From Phoronis australis (lineage: Eukaryota > Animalia > Phoronida): 47,956 nt of DNA. The position numbers and the translations under genes are program-made. The DNA lies in the NCBI GenBank assembly GCA_002633005.1, contig NMRA01000288.1, positions 23,776 to 71,731 of the forward strand. Direction: 5' to 3'. The stretch's first letter is position 1. Each line of letters opens with the position of its first letter. Below are positions 47,100-47,956 of the stretch, in pieces. The notes under the pieces are model-generated. The model was not told the origin of the DNA, searched no databases, and worked only from the letters and a program-made list of their open reading frames with translations.

Positions 47100-47956
47100 C
47101 CAAAATTAAAAGTGATTCTACTTTTTGAGTCACTATTTGTGACCTTAGTTGGGATCATTCTCAGGAAAAATGTTATTGTTGGCAATATTTATAAACCTCC
47201 CAAAGAGAATGACAATTTAAACATACGAACATTTCTAGATGATTTTAATCCATTGGTTAATAAACTTGGGCAAACCAACTCTCATGTCATGTTGGCAGGT
47301 GATTTTAATATCAATATCTTAAAAGTGGATGAGAGGCCCTTGTTTGGAGAATTCTACAACACTGTGTCATTAAATGGTTTTACTCCAACCATTACCTTTC
47401 CCACTCGTTTCTCTGAGTTTTCTGCTTCACTTATTGACAACATTTTCTACAAATTTAATAGCCGTTCTAACATTGATCCAGTTTCCGGGATCTATTTTTC
47501 CAATATCTCTGATCATCTACCTATTTTCTCTTGTTTTAAGAGAACATTAAAAAAGGCGAGAGCTCCCAAATTTGCTTACAGAAATGTCATTAATGATGAT
47601 TGTTTGAAAAGGGTGTATGATGAATTTTCGTCATACAATGTACTTTCTCACATGGATACAAATTTGAATGGTGATCCCAATATGAATTACAATTTACTTC
47701 AGGACTCTGTTCTTGCTTGTTTAAATAAGTTCAATACAGTAAGAAAAGTAAGATTCAATAAATATAAGCACAAAAAGAATATTTGGATCTCCCAAGGTAT
47801 TTTAAACTCTCTTAGGTTTAGAGACAGGCTTTATAAACGACTCAAGTCAACCCCTCAAAGTGCTATTAATTATGTCTCATTAAAAACAAACCTAAAAACC
47901 TATAACATTATTCTAAAAAAAGTTTTGAAAAGGGCTAAGAGACTTTATTATCACAA
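47100..47956 (+). mobile_element. CR1/L2-group LINE ORF2, APE endonuclease and linker (5'-truncated, runs off window)
   Basis: Open frame to the window end with IYKPP, LAGDFNINI, FPTR, SLIDNIF, ISDHLPI and the linker KNIWISQGILNSLRFRDRLYK. Confidence 0.9.

Noticed and set aside
47124-47141. FESLFV as another IL-1 signature
   Set aside because: Part of the LINE endonuclease frame.

Overview
AT-rich eukaryotic genomic DNA with spliced genes, many repeats and two N-gaps (10676-11348, 15161-15671). It looks like a non-vertebrate metazoan, but the species cannot be determined from sequence alone. The ORF track is mostly noise because the real genes are split into short exons. Reading splice sites by hand reveals a cluster of interleukin-1-superfamily-like (beta-trefoil) cytokine genes. 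Gene A (+, 7 coding exons, 829-9195, 245 aa) carries FESAKHPGFYLA and has a TATA/AP-1/kB-like promoter. Gene C (+, 9 exons, ~25837-34959, ~290 aa) carries FESLSYLGYFLS (IL-18-like) and a basic NLS-like run in its pro-region. There is also an orphan terminal exon of a third paralog (-, 16944-17071) and an inverted, frameshifted copy of three gene C pro-region exons (-, 41981-43685). Intron positions and phases in the trefoil core match vertebrate IL-1beta. Between them lie possible decayed DED-like coding fragments, three copies of a tandem-repeat element packed with CTCF-type motifs, MITEs, tRNA-derived SINE heads, LINE fragments and a probable decayed Academ-type transposon.
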